Shown here piece after piece: positions 11,830 to 23,709 of a stretch of 64,000 nucleotides of DNA. The DNA lies in the NCBI GenBank assembly GCA_964019425.1, contig OZ025781.1, positions 124,001 through 188,000 of the forward strand, given 5' to 3'. Below the pieces are notes generated by a model. The model ran no database searches. It was not told the DNA's origin and saw only the letters and a program-made list of their open reading frames with translations. Within the stretch, counting starts at the first letter, position 1, and each line of letters opens with the position of its first letter. The DNA comes from Flectonema sp. DT1601 (lineage: Eukaryota). The translations under genes were made by a program, and so were the position numbers.

Positions 11830-12105
11830 ACTGTTCTAGTATACACCTTACTTGATTGTAAGGTTGCTGTTGTAAGAAATAGTTTTGTTATGGCTACAAA
11901 TCAAATGTATATTATCAACCAAACTGGTTGTGTAAGTGAGCAGGAATCGCAATAGCTGGGGACGGAATTGAAGGCAAATAATAATAAAAAAAGAAAAGGA
12001 TCGATAAAAGTACAACTGACACTTCAAGGTGTCCTCTCTAATAATAAGTTGTTCGATTCTCTCGGTCAACACATGTCAGTTATCAACAAGAATACGATGT
12101 GATGA

Positions 12106-12408
12106 TTAATATAAATTAGTTGTAGCTGACCACATCAGCGTTAATCTTTGAGCCTTACGACTTGCGTTATGCTCTCGTCGGTCGCACAATTCTTTCTTGG
12201 AAGCTTCCATTTCAGACCATCGCTTCTTCATTTTTAAGAACTCTGCTTGCCTCTGATCTCTAGTTTCAATCTCCTCTCTCTCTCGTAGTATTTTTGATAT
12301 TTCAGCGAGTCTGGAGTGTTGTGTTGTGTTGTGGGATCGCTGCTGTCGAATAACAGCGAGTTGGAGTGCGGCTTCGCGGGTACTCAGCGGCGGCTCAACG
12401 CTAGACAT
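12106..12408 (-). CDS. Small coiled-coil hypothetical protein
   Basis: 100-aa charged helical ORF, co-oriented, with polypyrimidine + CAG (12420-12422) 11 nt upstream of the ATG. Confidence 0.55.
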   Translation of the reverse strand: MSSVEPPLSTREAALQLAVIRQQRSHNTTQHSRLAEISKILREREEIETRDQRQAEFLKMKKRWSEMEASKKELCDRREHNASRKAQRLTLMWSATTNLY

Positions 12409-14731
12409 TGCGAACGAAGCTGTGACGTAAAAAAAAGAAATGCAGAAATAGTTTTTAGAATATATCTTCGACTTTTAACAATGTCAACATTAGTGAGATT
12501 ATATCCTATGAAATGTGTTATTATCTTCATGTGCGTAATTTATTACAACTTAGGACTGTTCTGGTCATCGGAACAACTGAATTGGTTTTTTTTTTTTTTT
12601 TTTTTTTTGGTTTTCTTTTTCACTCTCTTTTTTTTTTTTTTTTTTTTTTTTTTCTTTCCTTCCAGCCTTTTTTCACCCCCATCAAAAATACAAAAATTTC
12701 TCAAAGTTTTTTTTTCTCAGAAAAACAACAAAAAAAAAAAATAAAAATAAATAAAACTTTTTTACAGACGTTTTTGTCCGTGAAAAGAACCAGTGAACGT
12801 CGGCATTAATTGCCGTATTGCTGCCAACGAGATTAATATGTCGCATGCTCTTTGGATAATCCGCCTCGATAAATTCATATCTCGCACCTGTGTGCCCTAC
12901 TCCAGAGTAGGGAACCACTGGATTTTTTAAAAGTTCCTGATTGCTTTGCCAGTGAAGAATTTAGTTTTTTTTTTCTATTTTGATTCCTCCTTCTTCTCTC
13001 TTGTGCACCAGAGCTCAGCTTGAAAAAAAAAGGAGGGAAGGTGTGAAAGAAAAAAAAAAGAAAAAAAACAGAAAATCGAACCTTGTATTCTACATGCTTA
13101 GTAGTGGTAGTATGGATTTAACAGAGCAGACACGCAATAAGAAAAAGTTAAATCACAAAGGACGGGGGGTGAAATAGAGTAAACGAAGGATCTGCCCAAC
13201 GTTTTCTCCTTTGAAACAAACAATACAAAAAAAAAAAAAAAAAATTTAAAAAAAATCGTAATAATAAAGCAAGCTGGAAACTCTGGCTTGACACAAATTA
13301 CTTTCAGCAGGAAAAAAAAAAAAGGAAACATTTTTTTTGTTGAGGACTATTTCGAATATATTTCCGCTGACTGTAATAAAGAGAACAAGAAGAGAAACAA
13401 AAGAAGCAACGCTTCTCATATTTTATTACTCATCATCTTCAAAGGCTGCCTTTCGTCGTTTTTATTTGTATTAACTTTTTTTTTTTTTTTTTTTCCCTTC
13501 TTCTTTTTTTTTTGTTTTTCTGATGAACAGGGTGGAAAAGGGAAGTTAGTTCAATTCGGTTCAAAAAAAAAATTTTTTTTTCTTCTTCCATTCTCACAAA
13601 TACTAAAGATCCCAGCGTTAGAAGAAAACTACAGAACGCCATGAGCATAAAAACAACAACAAAGGATTAACGCGGTGGAGCAGTACACAAACACAAACAC
13701 ACGATGATAAGGCAGGAAGCAGGAAATTGAACGGCATTTAATTGTTCTTTTCTTTTTTTTTTTGCTTACATTATTTCTTTTTTTTTTCATTTCTTTAAAC
13801 AGGTCGTTAATAAATATGCCATAATCGTAAAACCAAGGGGATGTGGGAAAAAAAAACTAAGGAGATTATTATTATTTTTTTCTTCTTTTTTTTTTCAAAA
13901 CTTTTTTTTCTTTAAAGGGAAACAAGTTGGGTTTTGCGAAGCATTTTCAAACCAATCCCTGCCTGTGACTAATCAGAAAGGCGACCAAGAAAGGTCAACA
14001 CCACTACAGCCACAGAACCTCACGCACGGGTACAAACACACAGATCTCTAAGCAAACGGGAGAAACGTCCAAAGAGTAACATCGACAACCCTTAATAGAT
14101 TACCTTTTCTCTTTTTTTGTTTTTTTTGCAACAAGCAAAAATAGACGAAGAAAGACCAAAGACACGTTAGCGCTGTAGTTTTAGAACAAAGCTTACAAAA
14201 GAAACGACCTGTAGCTTTGATATGGTTTCTGTGTGACACTTTGAAGAAATAAAGGATCGTGTGTGTGTTATTTTTTTTTTCTTTTTTTTTTCATTTTTTT
14301 TTCTCTTTTCTCTTTTTTTTTTCCTGCCTCCAACATTTTTTTTTCTCTTCTTTTTTTCTTTCTCAACATCTGTTTAGGGCAAAGAACGTTTTGTTTGATG
14401 AGAGAACAGATGACTTGACAGCAGTTTACCAAAGAAGAAAAAAAAAAAAAAAGAAGTAAAGGGGAGCGGGATTGGGTGGGAATAACCTAAAGTATAATAT
14501 AAAAGGAAGTAGCTTGGCAAAACAGGTGGTCCTTACTTATGTATATATATATTTTTTTTTTGAATAAAAAAAGACTAGATGAAGAAAGCCACCATGGACA
14601 TCCTACCGCAGCGACGCTGATCAGACAGAGTCCTGCTACCATCGTCATGTGCAACATCTCTGTTGTTGCAGTGGCCTAAGCTAATCGTTCTCTGATCAGA
14701 TGTGATGGTCTACAAAGACATCACTTCATTT

Positions 14732-16786
14732 TTATTCAGGGCGGTATTTCTTAAGGAGTCCATCAAGAATAGTTTTAACTTTACGGGCTTCAGTGTGTTG
14801 TCCCTCCGCCTTATGAAAGTCCATAAGATCTTTAATTAACATATTCTCAAGAAGGAAGGTCTCATCACTGTCTAAGAATAGATCAAGGGATTTTGTGTAG
14901 TTTTCAAGTGCCTTGTCTTTGTCATTACCCTTTTGGTATACCTTGGCAATGGAGTAGAAGGTTTCAGCCATGTCTGGTGAACGTCCTAGTAGATTCTCTT
15001 GCATAGCTAACCCAGTGTTGTAGAATTTGAGAGCCAGAGGAGTAGCTCCGTCTTCTGAAAAGTTCTCAGCCATTTTCAAATTAGTATCGATAACAGCGAG
15101 TCTTGCATCATCAACTTCAGATGCCAGTTTGTCTTCAGCATCGAGTTCGGCTTCGGTTTTCTCCTTCTCTGCTTTGGTCTTAAGCTGATCTAACTTCTTG
15201 TTTTCTTCTTCAACATTCTTCTCCTGAATAAGCAAAGCTTTTTGAAACCAATTAGCAGCTGGACCATGCTTATCCAAGTAGCTCATAAGCTCACCAATCT
15301 TAGTGTATGTTTTAGCAAGAAGGTTTGATCCAGGAGTAAGCTTTTCCTGCATCATAGCAGCTGTGGCGAGATGGTTCATTGCTGGTTCGTATTTCTCATT
15401 ATCAATAAGAAGATCACCCATTAATACGTATGACTCAGTGAATTCTAGTGTGTTTGGAATTAATTTCTGTTGTAACATCATAGCCTTCGACATAGGCTGA
15501 ACTGCTACTTGATGTCCTCCATTCGCACGTAACAATTTAACCATACTAATACAAAGTCTACTGATACGTAGAGTATCTGGGTCACCCTCATGAAGAAGGT
15601 GATGAGCTTGAGTGTAATGCTGCATTGCTGCTTGCACACGACGACTGTCTTCATAGACTTGAGCAATTCTATGATGAGTTGTTGCTTGAACCACCTTACT
15701 GCCTCCCTTGTTGACTTGAATTTCCAAAGCATTAAATAAGTTTTGTAAAGCCTTGTGATGGTCAACAGCTATGAACCCGATGTGTGCCAGAGCTTCTGCA
15801 CATAAAAGAGAACCTTCCTCTTCCCAATCAAAGATCTCAAAAGCATCAATGTAGTAACCCATCGCGGCATCAGTGTTATCATCTCCTCCCATGTTTTGAT
15901 GAACAACTCCAAGTTTCATTAAAGATGTTCCCTGACGAAGACTGTTGTCAAAGTGTTCCTTCTCAATTTTTAATGATTCTTGAAAATGAGGAAGTGCTTC
16001 CTTCCACTCCTCCTTGTCTAAATGATATAACCCTCTGTTGTATGCGACAGCACACATAATATCAGGGTGTTCACTTACCTTTAAGCTTGATTCTGCTAGG
16101 GTTTCAGCCTTCTTCATGTTCTTGTCACAGTTTACGTAGTCTTCCTTTTCTAAGAATAGCATTGCGATATTGTTTAGAATGCTGACGAGAAGTTCTGGTT
16201 TCGCGTCTTCACGATTTTGTAATCTTGGTAGCGCCTTCAGGTATGCTGCGAGTTCCTTGTCAGGAAGCTTTAATCTCTTTTGAGTCAGCGCAATTGACGT
16301 TAGCGTTTCAGCAAATGCTTGAGAAGTTTCAGCGAAATTCTCCTGAATGGCAAGTGCTTTCTCAAAGAGAGATAACGCGGTTTCGTATTCCTTGTTGTCA
16401 CTTTCTAAGAGTGCGTAGTCAACGAGGATACGAGCGGTTTCTAAAGATCCAGGGTCTGCTTCCTGGGCTAATTCAGCAGCTTCCTTGTAACACTTCATCG
16501 CATCTTCGTCATTTGACATCCCCTCGTGCATGAGAGCCATCAAGTGTACAGTTGTTGCTTTTATTTTAGGATCACCTTCTTCAACCTTCTTCAATGCTTC
16601 TAAGGCCTGTTTGTGTAACTTCAATGCTTTCTTACAGCTTCCCATGTCTGATCCGTGAACTACTTTTCCCATTTCATTTAAAGTTTTCACAATTTCTCTA
16701 TTATTTCCTTCGCTTTTCTGCTTATCCAGCTGCTCCCTCAGCACCAGCAGTTGTTTTTGTACTGGTTTCGATGACTTTGCTCCCAT
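14732..16786 (-). CDS. TPR-repeat protein (kinesin light chain/NPHP3-type repeats), probable N-myristoylation
   Basis: Many ~42-aa TPRs (e.g. ALSLFEKALAIQE, AKTYTKIGEL, AETFYSIAKVY); N-terminus MGAKSSK fits MGxxxS. Confidence 0.8.
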   Translation of the reverse strand: MGAKSSKPVQKQLLVLREQLDKQKSEGNNREIVKTLNEMGKVVHGSDMGSCKKALKLHKQALEALKKVEEGDPKIKATTVHLMALMHEGMSNDEDAMKCYKEAAELAQEADPGSLETARILVDYALLESDNKEYETALSLFEKALAIQENFAETSQAFAETLTSIALTQKRLKLPDKELAAYLKALPRLQNREDAKPELLVSILNNIAMLFLEKEDYVNCDKNMKKAETLAESSLKVSEHPDIMCAVAYNRGLYHLDKEEWKEALPHFQESLKIEKEHFDNSLRQGTSLMKLGVVHQNMGGDDNTDAAMGYYIDAFEIFDWEEEGSLLCAEALAHIGFIAVDHHKALQNLFNALEIQVNKGGSKVVQATTHHRIAQVYEDSRRVQAAMQHYTQAHHLLHEGDPDTLRISRLCISMVKLLRANGGHQVAVQPMSKAMMLQQKLIPNTLEFTESYVLMGDLLIDNEKYEPAMNHLATAAMMQEKLTPGSNLLAKTYTKIGELMSYLDKHGPAANWFQKALLIQEKNVEEENKKLDQLKTKAEKEKTEAELDAEDKLASEVDDARLAVIDTNLKMAENFSEDGATPLALKFYNTGLAMQENLLGRSPDMAETFYSIAKVYQKGNDKDKALENYTKSLDLFLDSDETFLLENMLIKDLMDFHKAEGQHTEARKVKTILDGLLKKYRPE

Positions 16787-17177
16787 CTTTTCCTGTAATA
16801 TGATATCCTGAGTAGGGTGATTAATAATAATTGAATAGTTGAGTGAGGTACTCTACTAACGGGTTTAATATATTTCAAAAAAAACATCTCATTTTTTTTT
16901 TTTTTTTTTAATTTTACTGATTGATTGAGTGATAAATGTATTTATGGTATTAATAATTAACAAACAGAGTTCAGAAACCGGAAGAAAAAAAAAAAAAAAA
17001 AAAGCACACACGGATGTCGCATATCACTGGGCAGGAAACCTCCACACGAGTTCAAGGATACAAATCAGACAAACGAGGGAATGCGAAGAGACAAAGTCAA
17101 CGACAGGGACTGGATTGAGTGAAGCCACAAAAAGGGGTTCTCAACACGGACGGGGAACATACGGAAGAATAGTAAAC

Positions 17178-17213
<36 letters not shown>

Positions 17214-17493
17214 CCCCTCTTTTTTTTTTCCAATTTTCTTTTCACTTCTTAAATTTTCTCCTTTTAACTACAAAACACATTTAGTCTGACTATGGTAAAC
17301 TTTACTTATTTCCCGACACAGAGGAGGGGGAATGGGGAAATACTTCTTACATTACATTTCTCTGTTGCTATTGTTTTCTTTTTTCTTTTTTTTTTCCCCT
17401 CTCCCACATACTGAAAAAAAGGTATAAAAGTAATAACATATGAAACAAAAACCATAAAAGGACGACTGCATTTGTTATTATCATTTTATTTTT

Positions 17494-20400
17494 TTATTCG
17501 TCTTCGTCTTCGGCCTCGTCTTCTGACTCTTCTTCGACTTCTTCCTCTTCCTGTCGTTTCTCTTTGAAGAAGACTTTAGCACTTCTGAAAGAGTAAAGCA
17601 TTAATTCAAACTCTCTGTTGCGGGATCTTATTCTGTTGTCTGTCAGTTTCAAAGTGCTGAGCTCTCCAGAGTCGTGAGCTACCTTCGCTTTTTCTTTCTT
17701 TAGTTTGGTAGCATTCGCTGTAGCAATTTGTTTTTCTAAATTCTGTTTCTCATTTCGATAGAATTCACGAACAGATTCAAACCAATGAAGAGAATCAAAT
17801 TTTCCATTTAAGTTCAGCAACTTCAGAACGAACATAATTCCAAGAGCGAAACCGTCGTCACTAAACGATCCTTCTCTTCCTTTTTTAGTCAAACCATCTT
17901 TCTGTGAGATCATATGGTCCATAAATGAAAGAGTTAGAGGAGGAATGATGGCGTAAAAGTTTTGGAGATGAGCATTCTTCTCGCTGGTCATTTCTTCTTT
18001 AAAAGCTCCCTCAAGTAACTTAAAGTACTCCGAACCTTCAGAGAACTTCTTGGATTGGTTCTGTAGTACGATATCTAAGTTGCGAGCTGCTTGAAGAGTA
18101 CTCTCTGGTAGAGTCCCATCGACTTCTTCGTCGCTATCGTCTGGGTTGCGTTTAAAGTTATCTTCTTCAAGCATCTCTTCAAAATTTGGAATGTCTTCAA
18201 GAGAAGGTACGAAACTTATCGATTCACTGATGGCTCTCATTCCACCTGTTCGAACCATTCGTACGTATCCCAAACCATTTCCGATTTCCGTAATCAAACT
18301 TCTATATTGATCTAAGAATGATTTTCCATTTTCAACACCAAGTCGTCTGATATCTTTGGTGAATTTTTCAGCTCTTTGAACCGGATAATTGTTACGTAAC
18401 TCTTCTTTATTGTCTTCGTACCACTTTATGTCTTTGATGAGCCTACTCTTGACGTGGTCATCGAACAAGAATTGAGAAAAGAAATAAAATTTCGATGTTA
18501 AAAACCTAAACACAAAATTAACAGTTGTATTCATCATTCCAGTACCGTGGGTTCTGATACTGTTAGCAATGTGTCGAATGTGAAGAGAATGAACTTGATT
18601 CTTTGTAGTACTCTGAGGCTTTTCTAAGAATATTTGGCTGTTTATATTATAAGTATAACGAGTTACAAAAATGTGAATCGATCTGGTGATTTCTAAAATA
18701 TCAAGTCCCTGATCAAGAATTTGACCTGGTAAGTGAGCCTCAGTCAGTGTCATGTTGTACTTTTCTTTTGCAAGAGCACGAATTTCTTCGTACGTTTTCC
18801 AATCATGGGGTTGCAATGCAGTTAAGTTGTAGAATTGTCTTTCTAGGTACGACTGCACTTGATCTCTAACAGACAATCGTTGTCCAAACAACTGCAATGA
18901 AGGAATGTTTAGTAGGTGCTGATAGTCTTTGTGGGAAGACCCTCCCAACTCGTGCCTTCCTTGACCAAGTACAACCGAATGAATATTTAGTCTTAGAGTG
19001 TTTTCTATTTCTCTACAGAGAGGATCGATAATGATTGCCTTAAAGCTTCCCTCAATCTCTTTCTGATAAGCATTAAATAAAGCTTTCTTGTCAGACAAAT
19101 GCTGGGACGATAATAAGATCTTTGCAGGATCGTGTAATGCGGAAAACATAAATACAAGACTCGGTCCTAAGACTGGATTCCTGATTGCCGTTTCAAAGTA
19201 TTTCGGGATCAGAACTCTCTGCCAATACAGAAAAGAACAGTCGCAAGCTTCAGTTAAAAGTGATTGCCATTGGCTGACTAGTTCTAGCTTTCTGAGATAG
19301 ACTTTCATCGCTTCGAAATCTGTGTCTTTGCAGTATCCACCAGTCTTGCTTGTGACTACCTGAATAGCAGTTTTTAATACGATAATGCTATTCCTACTCG
19401 GTGGTCCATACAGGACTCTCAGCATTAAATCAACAGCGCTCATCTGATCTATTTGTCCATCGTCAAGCTTTGCTTGATTCTCTTTCATTCTCCTCTTAAA
19501 CGGCACCAAAGATCTTTGAAGTGTGAATGATATGAATTCGCATATTACTGACATCAAGTTTCCAGTCTCAGCACTTTTTCGATGAAACGTCGCTGAGATC
19601 GATTTCAGTATCTCTATTGCCTTACACAACAATCTAACTTTCTTTATATTTAAAGGAGTTTCTAAGGCAACGTGAAGAGATAAAATTGATTTTATTAAAG
19701 TGCTTAATTCCTTTGCATAATATAATCCTTTAGTAACATTGAATGATTTGTTATTGAGGACATCTTCAGTGCGAGAGCGGTTTGGGCGGGATTCGAACTG
19801 GGAAGACCACGCAACAACTTCTTGGAAATTCTTATTAATAGTTTGTTCGAATTCTGCGTCTAACTGTTGGAGTCTGGCTTTGCATGCTTTCTCGTGATCT
19901 CTCATGGGATCGGTTGAGATGCTGTTGCTCATGTCTGGAACTCGTTTAGCTAACCACTCCGCAGGATTGAAAGTAGTGTTTCCAATTAAGTGAATCACAG
20001 GAACTCTTTTGTGTGTCTCAAACAGAGTTTTAAAAAACTTTTTTTCCTCAGATTTTCCCTTTATCTTATCTTTAAAGAATGAAAAGTACATAACGTACAA
20101 ACCACAGAGACCTACGTACATATTAGACTGGTCCATCTCCCAAGACATACCCTGACCACGTTTGATATAATTAAATATTTCACGTAACTGGTAATCAAAC
20201 TCATGCATGAAAGCGAGGTTATCGTGGATTGTGATTCCTTCTTGTGGTAGTTCGAATGTTCTGTCTCTCAAACAACGGAGAAATATAACGTCATCAAGAA
20301 GGTACTTTTCTAAGTTTCCTAATAGTATTCCAAAGTGTTCTGCTTCACCAGCATCAGTGTCGTATTTTTCAGGTTGATTTCTGGCGTTTTTCATCATTCG

Positions 20401-21072
20401 TTTATAGACTGTGCAGGCGGCTTGAAATACATCTGTCTGGGTTGCTATTTGATCCAAAGTAATCAAAACAGTCATTAAGTCTGCCATTGCAATCCAGCAG
20501 TTGGTGAAGTGAACTTGTTGATATGCTGAAAGACCTTTCCGATCTGGTCTCTTTCTGTTCCTATCATTGTAAACAGAAGCAAGTTGTCTGACTATGTTTA
20601 CAATTACTAAGTGAGAACGGTTAACGAATGTTGATAGATCTAAGAATAATGGAAGCATTCTACCAAATGATAATTGAACTTCACCATCTTCAAGATCTCT
20701 ATTCATCGGTTGTTCTCCAAATGTAGATAAAGCAGGAAGTAGTCTTTCCTTTGCTTCTGTGACTAAATCTCCTATTTCAGCTACCAATGATGACGTTACA
20801 AGGATGACTTTATAAAAGAGGGGATCTCCTTTTGACTGACCTCCCAACACTTCTTCGAAAGTCAAGTTATAATCCGGCATAAATTTCAGTACAATTGGAT
20901 CACACATATCCCAAACATCCCCAAAGGACTCGTCGAGATCTCTTTCACTCGCTTGTAAGTTTTCACCATGCTCTCTGACAAACTTTCTAAATTTATCATA
21001 AACGACATCCTGAGGAAGCTTATCAGGTTGGTCTCTAAACGAGTCGAAAACGAATTCTTCTGTATCTGCCAT
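17494..21072 (-). CDS. WASHC4: WASH complex subunit 4 (SWIP/KIAA1033)
   Basis: 1192 aa; PLCREIENTLRL, FYNLTALQPHDWKTYEEIR, HIANSIRTHGTGMMNTTVNF, FSDDGFALG, FDSLHWF are WASHC4 signatures. Confidence 0.93.
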   Translation of the reverse strand: MADTEEFVFDSFRDQPDKLPQDVVYDKFRKFVREHGENLQASERDLDESFGDVWDMCDPIVLKFMPDYNLTFEEVLGGQSKGDPLFYKVILVTSSLVAEIGDLVTEAKERLLPALSTFGEQPMNRDLEDGEVQLSFGRMLPLFLDLSTFVNRSHLVIVNIVRQLASVYNDRNRKRPDRKGLSAYQQVHFTNCWIAMADLMTVLITLDQIATQTDVFQAACTVYKRMMKNARNQPEKYDTDAGEAEHFGILLGNLEKYLLDDVIFLRCLRDRTFELPQEGITIHDNLAFMHEFDYQLREIFNYIKRGQGMSWEMDQSNMYVGLCGLYVMYFSFFKDKIKGKSEEKKFFKTLFETHKRVPVIHLIGNTTFNPAEWLAKRVPDMSNSISTDPMRDHEKACKARLQQLDAEFEQTINKNFQEVVAWSSQFESRPNRSRTEDVLNNKSFNVTKGLYYAKELSTLIKSILSLHVALETPLNIKKVRLLCKAIEILKSISATFHRKSAETGNLMSVICEFISFTLQRSLVPFKRRMKENQAKLDDGQIDQMSAVDLMLRVLYGPPSRNSIIVLKTAIQVVTSKTGGYCKDTDFEAMKVYLRKLELVSQWQSLLTEACDCSFLYWQRVLIPKYFETAIRNPVLGPSLVFMFSALHDPAKILLSSQHLSDKKALFNAYQKEIEGSFKAIIIDPLCREIENTLRLNIHSVVLGQGRHELGGSSHKDYQHLLNIPSLQLFGQRLSVRDQVQSYLERQFYNLTALQPHDWKTYEEIRALAKEKYNMTLTEAHLPGQILDQGLDILEITRSIHIFVTRYTYNINSQIFLEKPQSTTKNQVHSLHIRHIANSIRTHGTGMMNTTVNFVFRFLTSKFYFFSQFLFDDHVKSRLIKDIKWYEDNKEELRNNYPVQRAEKFTKDIRRLGVENGKSFLDQYRSLITEIGNGLGYVRMVRTGGMRAISESISFVPSLEDIPNFEEMLEEDNFKRNPDDSDEEVDGTLPESTLQAARNLDIVLQNQSKKFSEGSEYFKLLEGAFKEEMTSEKNAHLQNFYAIIPPLTLSFMDHMISQKDGLTKKGREGSFSDDGFALGIMFVLKLLNLNGKFDSLHWFESVREFYRNEKQNLEKQIATANATKLKKEKAKVAHDSGELSTLKLTDNRIRSRNREFELMLYSFRSAKVFFKEKRQEEEEVEEESEDEAEDEDE

Positions 21073-21325
21073 AGTTGTGATTCCAACCCTGTCTTGTTTA
21101 AAAAAAAAAAAAGAAAAATTTTAAAACAAAAAGTAACCCTTTTTTACTTTTGTTAAAGAACAACCTCAATGTGATTGTCGTCGAAACACAATTGTGATAT
21201 AAAATATTATTATAATTTTACATAAGCTAGTGATCAGTTGATTATTTGTAACCAACTCAAAGTCTCAGGTCAGCGTCGCTGTTCATATCGCTGAAGGTAG
21301 TTTTCAGTCGAGTTGCTACAGTCTT

Positions 21326-21751
21326 TTAAGAAGCTTTTTTTCTTCTTTTAATAGTTTTTTTCACTGTTTTGTCAGTTTCATCTTCAGAGTTATTGTCTTC
21401 GCTGTTGCTGTTGCTTTCGTTTACTGCTAAGTGATCATCGTTACCAGTTTTCGATGACAGCATCGAAAGCCATTTTGGGTTAGCATGTTTTAATACCGAT
21501 TTTGGTAGTTTCTTAAGCAATTCTAGAGTCTCTTTAGCTCCTTCTCCATTAGGAATGTCATCAATATCGTCGTCACTTGTGCTGTCATCCTCATCATTAG
21601 CTGGAGGTGTTGGTCTCTTTGTCTTCTTTACTACTTTATTAGTTGTTTTTAGTGGTTTTGTCGATGACGTTGTTTTCTTTTTCTTCTTCTGATTTACTTT
21701 CTTTACGAGTCCCTTTTTGAGGGCTCCGAGCATCTGCATACTCCTCGTCAT
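21326..21751 (-). CDS. Small Lys-rich/acidic low-complexity hypothetical protein
   Basis: 141-aa ORF, co-oriented, CAG acceptor-like site shortly upstream of the ATG; basic NLS-like runs. Confidence 0.55.
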   Translation of the reverse strand: MTRSMQMLGALKKGLVKKVNQKKKKKTTSSTKPLKTTNKVVKKTKRPTPPANDEDDSTSDDDIDDIPNGEGAKETLELLKKLPKSVLKHANPKWLSMLSSKTGNDDHLAVNESNSNSEDNNSEDETDKTVKKTIKRRKKAS

Positions 21752-21916
21752 GTTTTAATTGTGTTCTCTGTTTCAGACGGGAAGAACATAATAACGTCGT
21801 AATTAATGTTAATTTCACAAAGTACAATACAATAGCCAGGGGAAAAAAAATATATATATATAAATATTTTGCTTACTAAAAATTAAAACGATACAAGTAC
21901 AATAGAAGAATAAAAA

Positions 21917-23122
21917 CTAATAGTAACCAGGGCTACCTCTCATCGGTGGAGACTGTGTATATGGTTGTCTAAATCGAGGAGGTGATACTTGTCTGTAATC
22001 ATAAGGAGACGGTGGTTGAATGGGTGACCTTCCATAAAGTGCTTCAACTCGTTGAGTAGGTGACAGACCAAGACCTCCATGAATAGGACGAGTTAAGGGA
22101 ATAGAATAACTAGGAACGTTACCACTGTCTAAGAGAAGTGATTGCCATTTAGGCCACTCAACTGGAGCCCAGTCTTCTTGTGGAATCACAGGCGCTGTCA
22201 CAACCGGACGAGCAGCACGAGAGAGAGGATCGACATAAGCAGATGATTTCTTATTAGCCTGCCATCCTTTTGAGTATGCAGCCTTCAGACGGTGTCGCAT
22301 TTTCTTTTCATCTTCTGGAACTTCTTCTTCACCCTCAGGCATTTCATAATCAGGTGGAAAAGGACTTCCGTCGATATCTAATATTTCTTCTTGTTCCTCT
22401 TGTTCTTCTTCAGCTACTTCTTCAGCAGCAACTGCGTCATCTTTCTTTGTTGGTTTTGATGACTTGGCAGAGGGTTTTGCAGGTTTCTTAGGATCATCTT
22501 GTTCACTAAAGGGATTGTCCTTTAGCCATTTCTTAAAGGCAGGTTCCCACATGGTTTTTTCTTTCGTGCGATCGTCTCCTTTGTTTTGGTAGTATACTTT
22601 TCCGTCTTTGTTTTTCTTTTCAATCCATTTTCCAGAGCCTATCGCCTGTTTTATTGGATCGTCGGCCTTGTCAGAAGGCTTCGCTGCTGCGCTTTTTGCT
22701 GCTGGTTTTGCGGCTGATTTCTTTGACGGTGCTGCAGTTTCAGCAGCCGTAGGATTGTTTTTCAACCATTTTTTAAAAGCAGGTTCCCACATTGTTTTTT
22801 CTTTCGTTCGATCGTCTCCCTTGTTTTGGTAGTAGAGTTTTCCGTCTTTGTTTTTTTTTTCAACCCATTTTCCAGATTTCAGAGCCTCCTGAATAGGATC
22901 ATCAGTACCCTTTCCTGGAGCAGCAGCTTTCCCCCCTTTGGATGGCTTCTCGTTGTCTCCTCCTATAGGATTGTCTTTTAACCATTTCTTAAAAGCAGGA
23001 GCCCACATAGTCTTGTCTTTCGTTCGATCATCTCCCTTGTTTTGGTAGTATACTTTTCCATCTTTATTTTTTTTTTCGATCCATTTTCCAGACTTTAGAG
23101 CCTCCTCAATGGGATCTGACAT
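21917..23122 (-). CDS. Protein with three tandem WW-like domains and a Pro-rich C-terminus
   Basis: Three near-identical units DPIxxAxxSGKWxEKKNKDGKxYYQNKGDDRTKxKTMWxPAFKKWLKxNP (W...YY...TxW). Confidence 0.75.
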   Translation of the reverse strand: MSDPIEEALKSGKWIEKKNKDGKVYYQNKGDDRTKDKTMWAPAFKKWLKDNPIGGDNEKPSKGGKAAAPGKGTDDPIQEALKSGKWVEKKNKDGKLYYQNKGDDRTKEKTMWEPAFKKWLKNNPTAAETAAPSKKSAAKPAAKSAAAKPSDKADDPIKQAIGSGKWIEKKNKDGKVYYQNKGDDRTKEKTMWEPAFKKWLKDNPFSEQDDPKKPAKPSAKSSKPTKKDDAVAAEEVAEEEQEEQEEILDIDGSPFPPDYEMPEGEEEVPEDEKKMRHRLKAAYSKGWQANKKSSAYVDPLSRAARPVVTAPVIPQEDWAPVEWPKWQSLLLDSGNVPSYSIPLTRPIHGGLGLSPTQRVEALYGRSPIQPPSPYDYRQVSPPRFRQPYTQSPPMRGSPGYY

Positions 23123-23709
23123 GTTTATTTGAAATTCTATGTTACAATAATAATATTATTACGTCAATCAAAAGTCTACTTAAATAGGATTGTCAATTCC
23201 GAGAGAATTTTTTGTTTTTCCGGCTTCGTTGGTATGTCGTGGTTGATTTTTTTTTTTTTTTTTTTTTTTTGCTCCTTGGGAGAAAAAAGATATTTTGAGT
23301 TTAAAAAAAGAGGGAAAAAAAAAAAAAAACGTGTTTATAAACAAAAAACATGCGAAAAAAAGAAAACGGCGGAGTAGATAAATCAGAGCTACTAACTCTG
23401 ACGTAAAACCGAAGCTGACTCTTGCTGACTGTGAATGTAGACTGGATGGCTGCTCAAATGTACGGGACTCTCACCCTCTTTGATGACCCCATTCCAATTC
23501 CTTTCAGATTCATTCACCTGCTGTAGAGAAAGGAGTCCCTGTCGGGGGATAATTACAAACAATCCCCAAAAGGACAATTCCCAAAATGGCATAGCAAAAA
23601 ACAAAGAAACAAACAACCCATCAAACTCCTCTCTCGAATAGGTTCATAATGAAATAAGGACAAATAGAAAAACTACTACTCCAAAAAAAAAAAAAAAAAA
23701 TCGTTGCAG

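Noticed and set aside
6761..14459. Short poly-Phe/poly-Lys ORFs
   Set aside because: Artefacts of homopolymer tracts.
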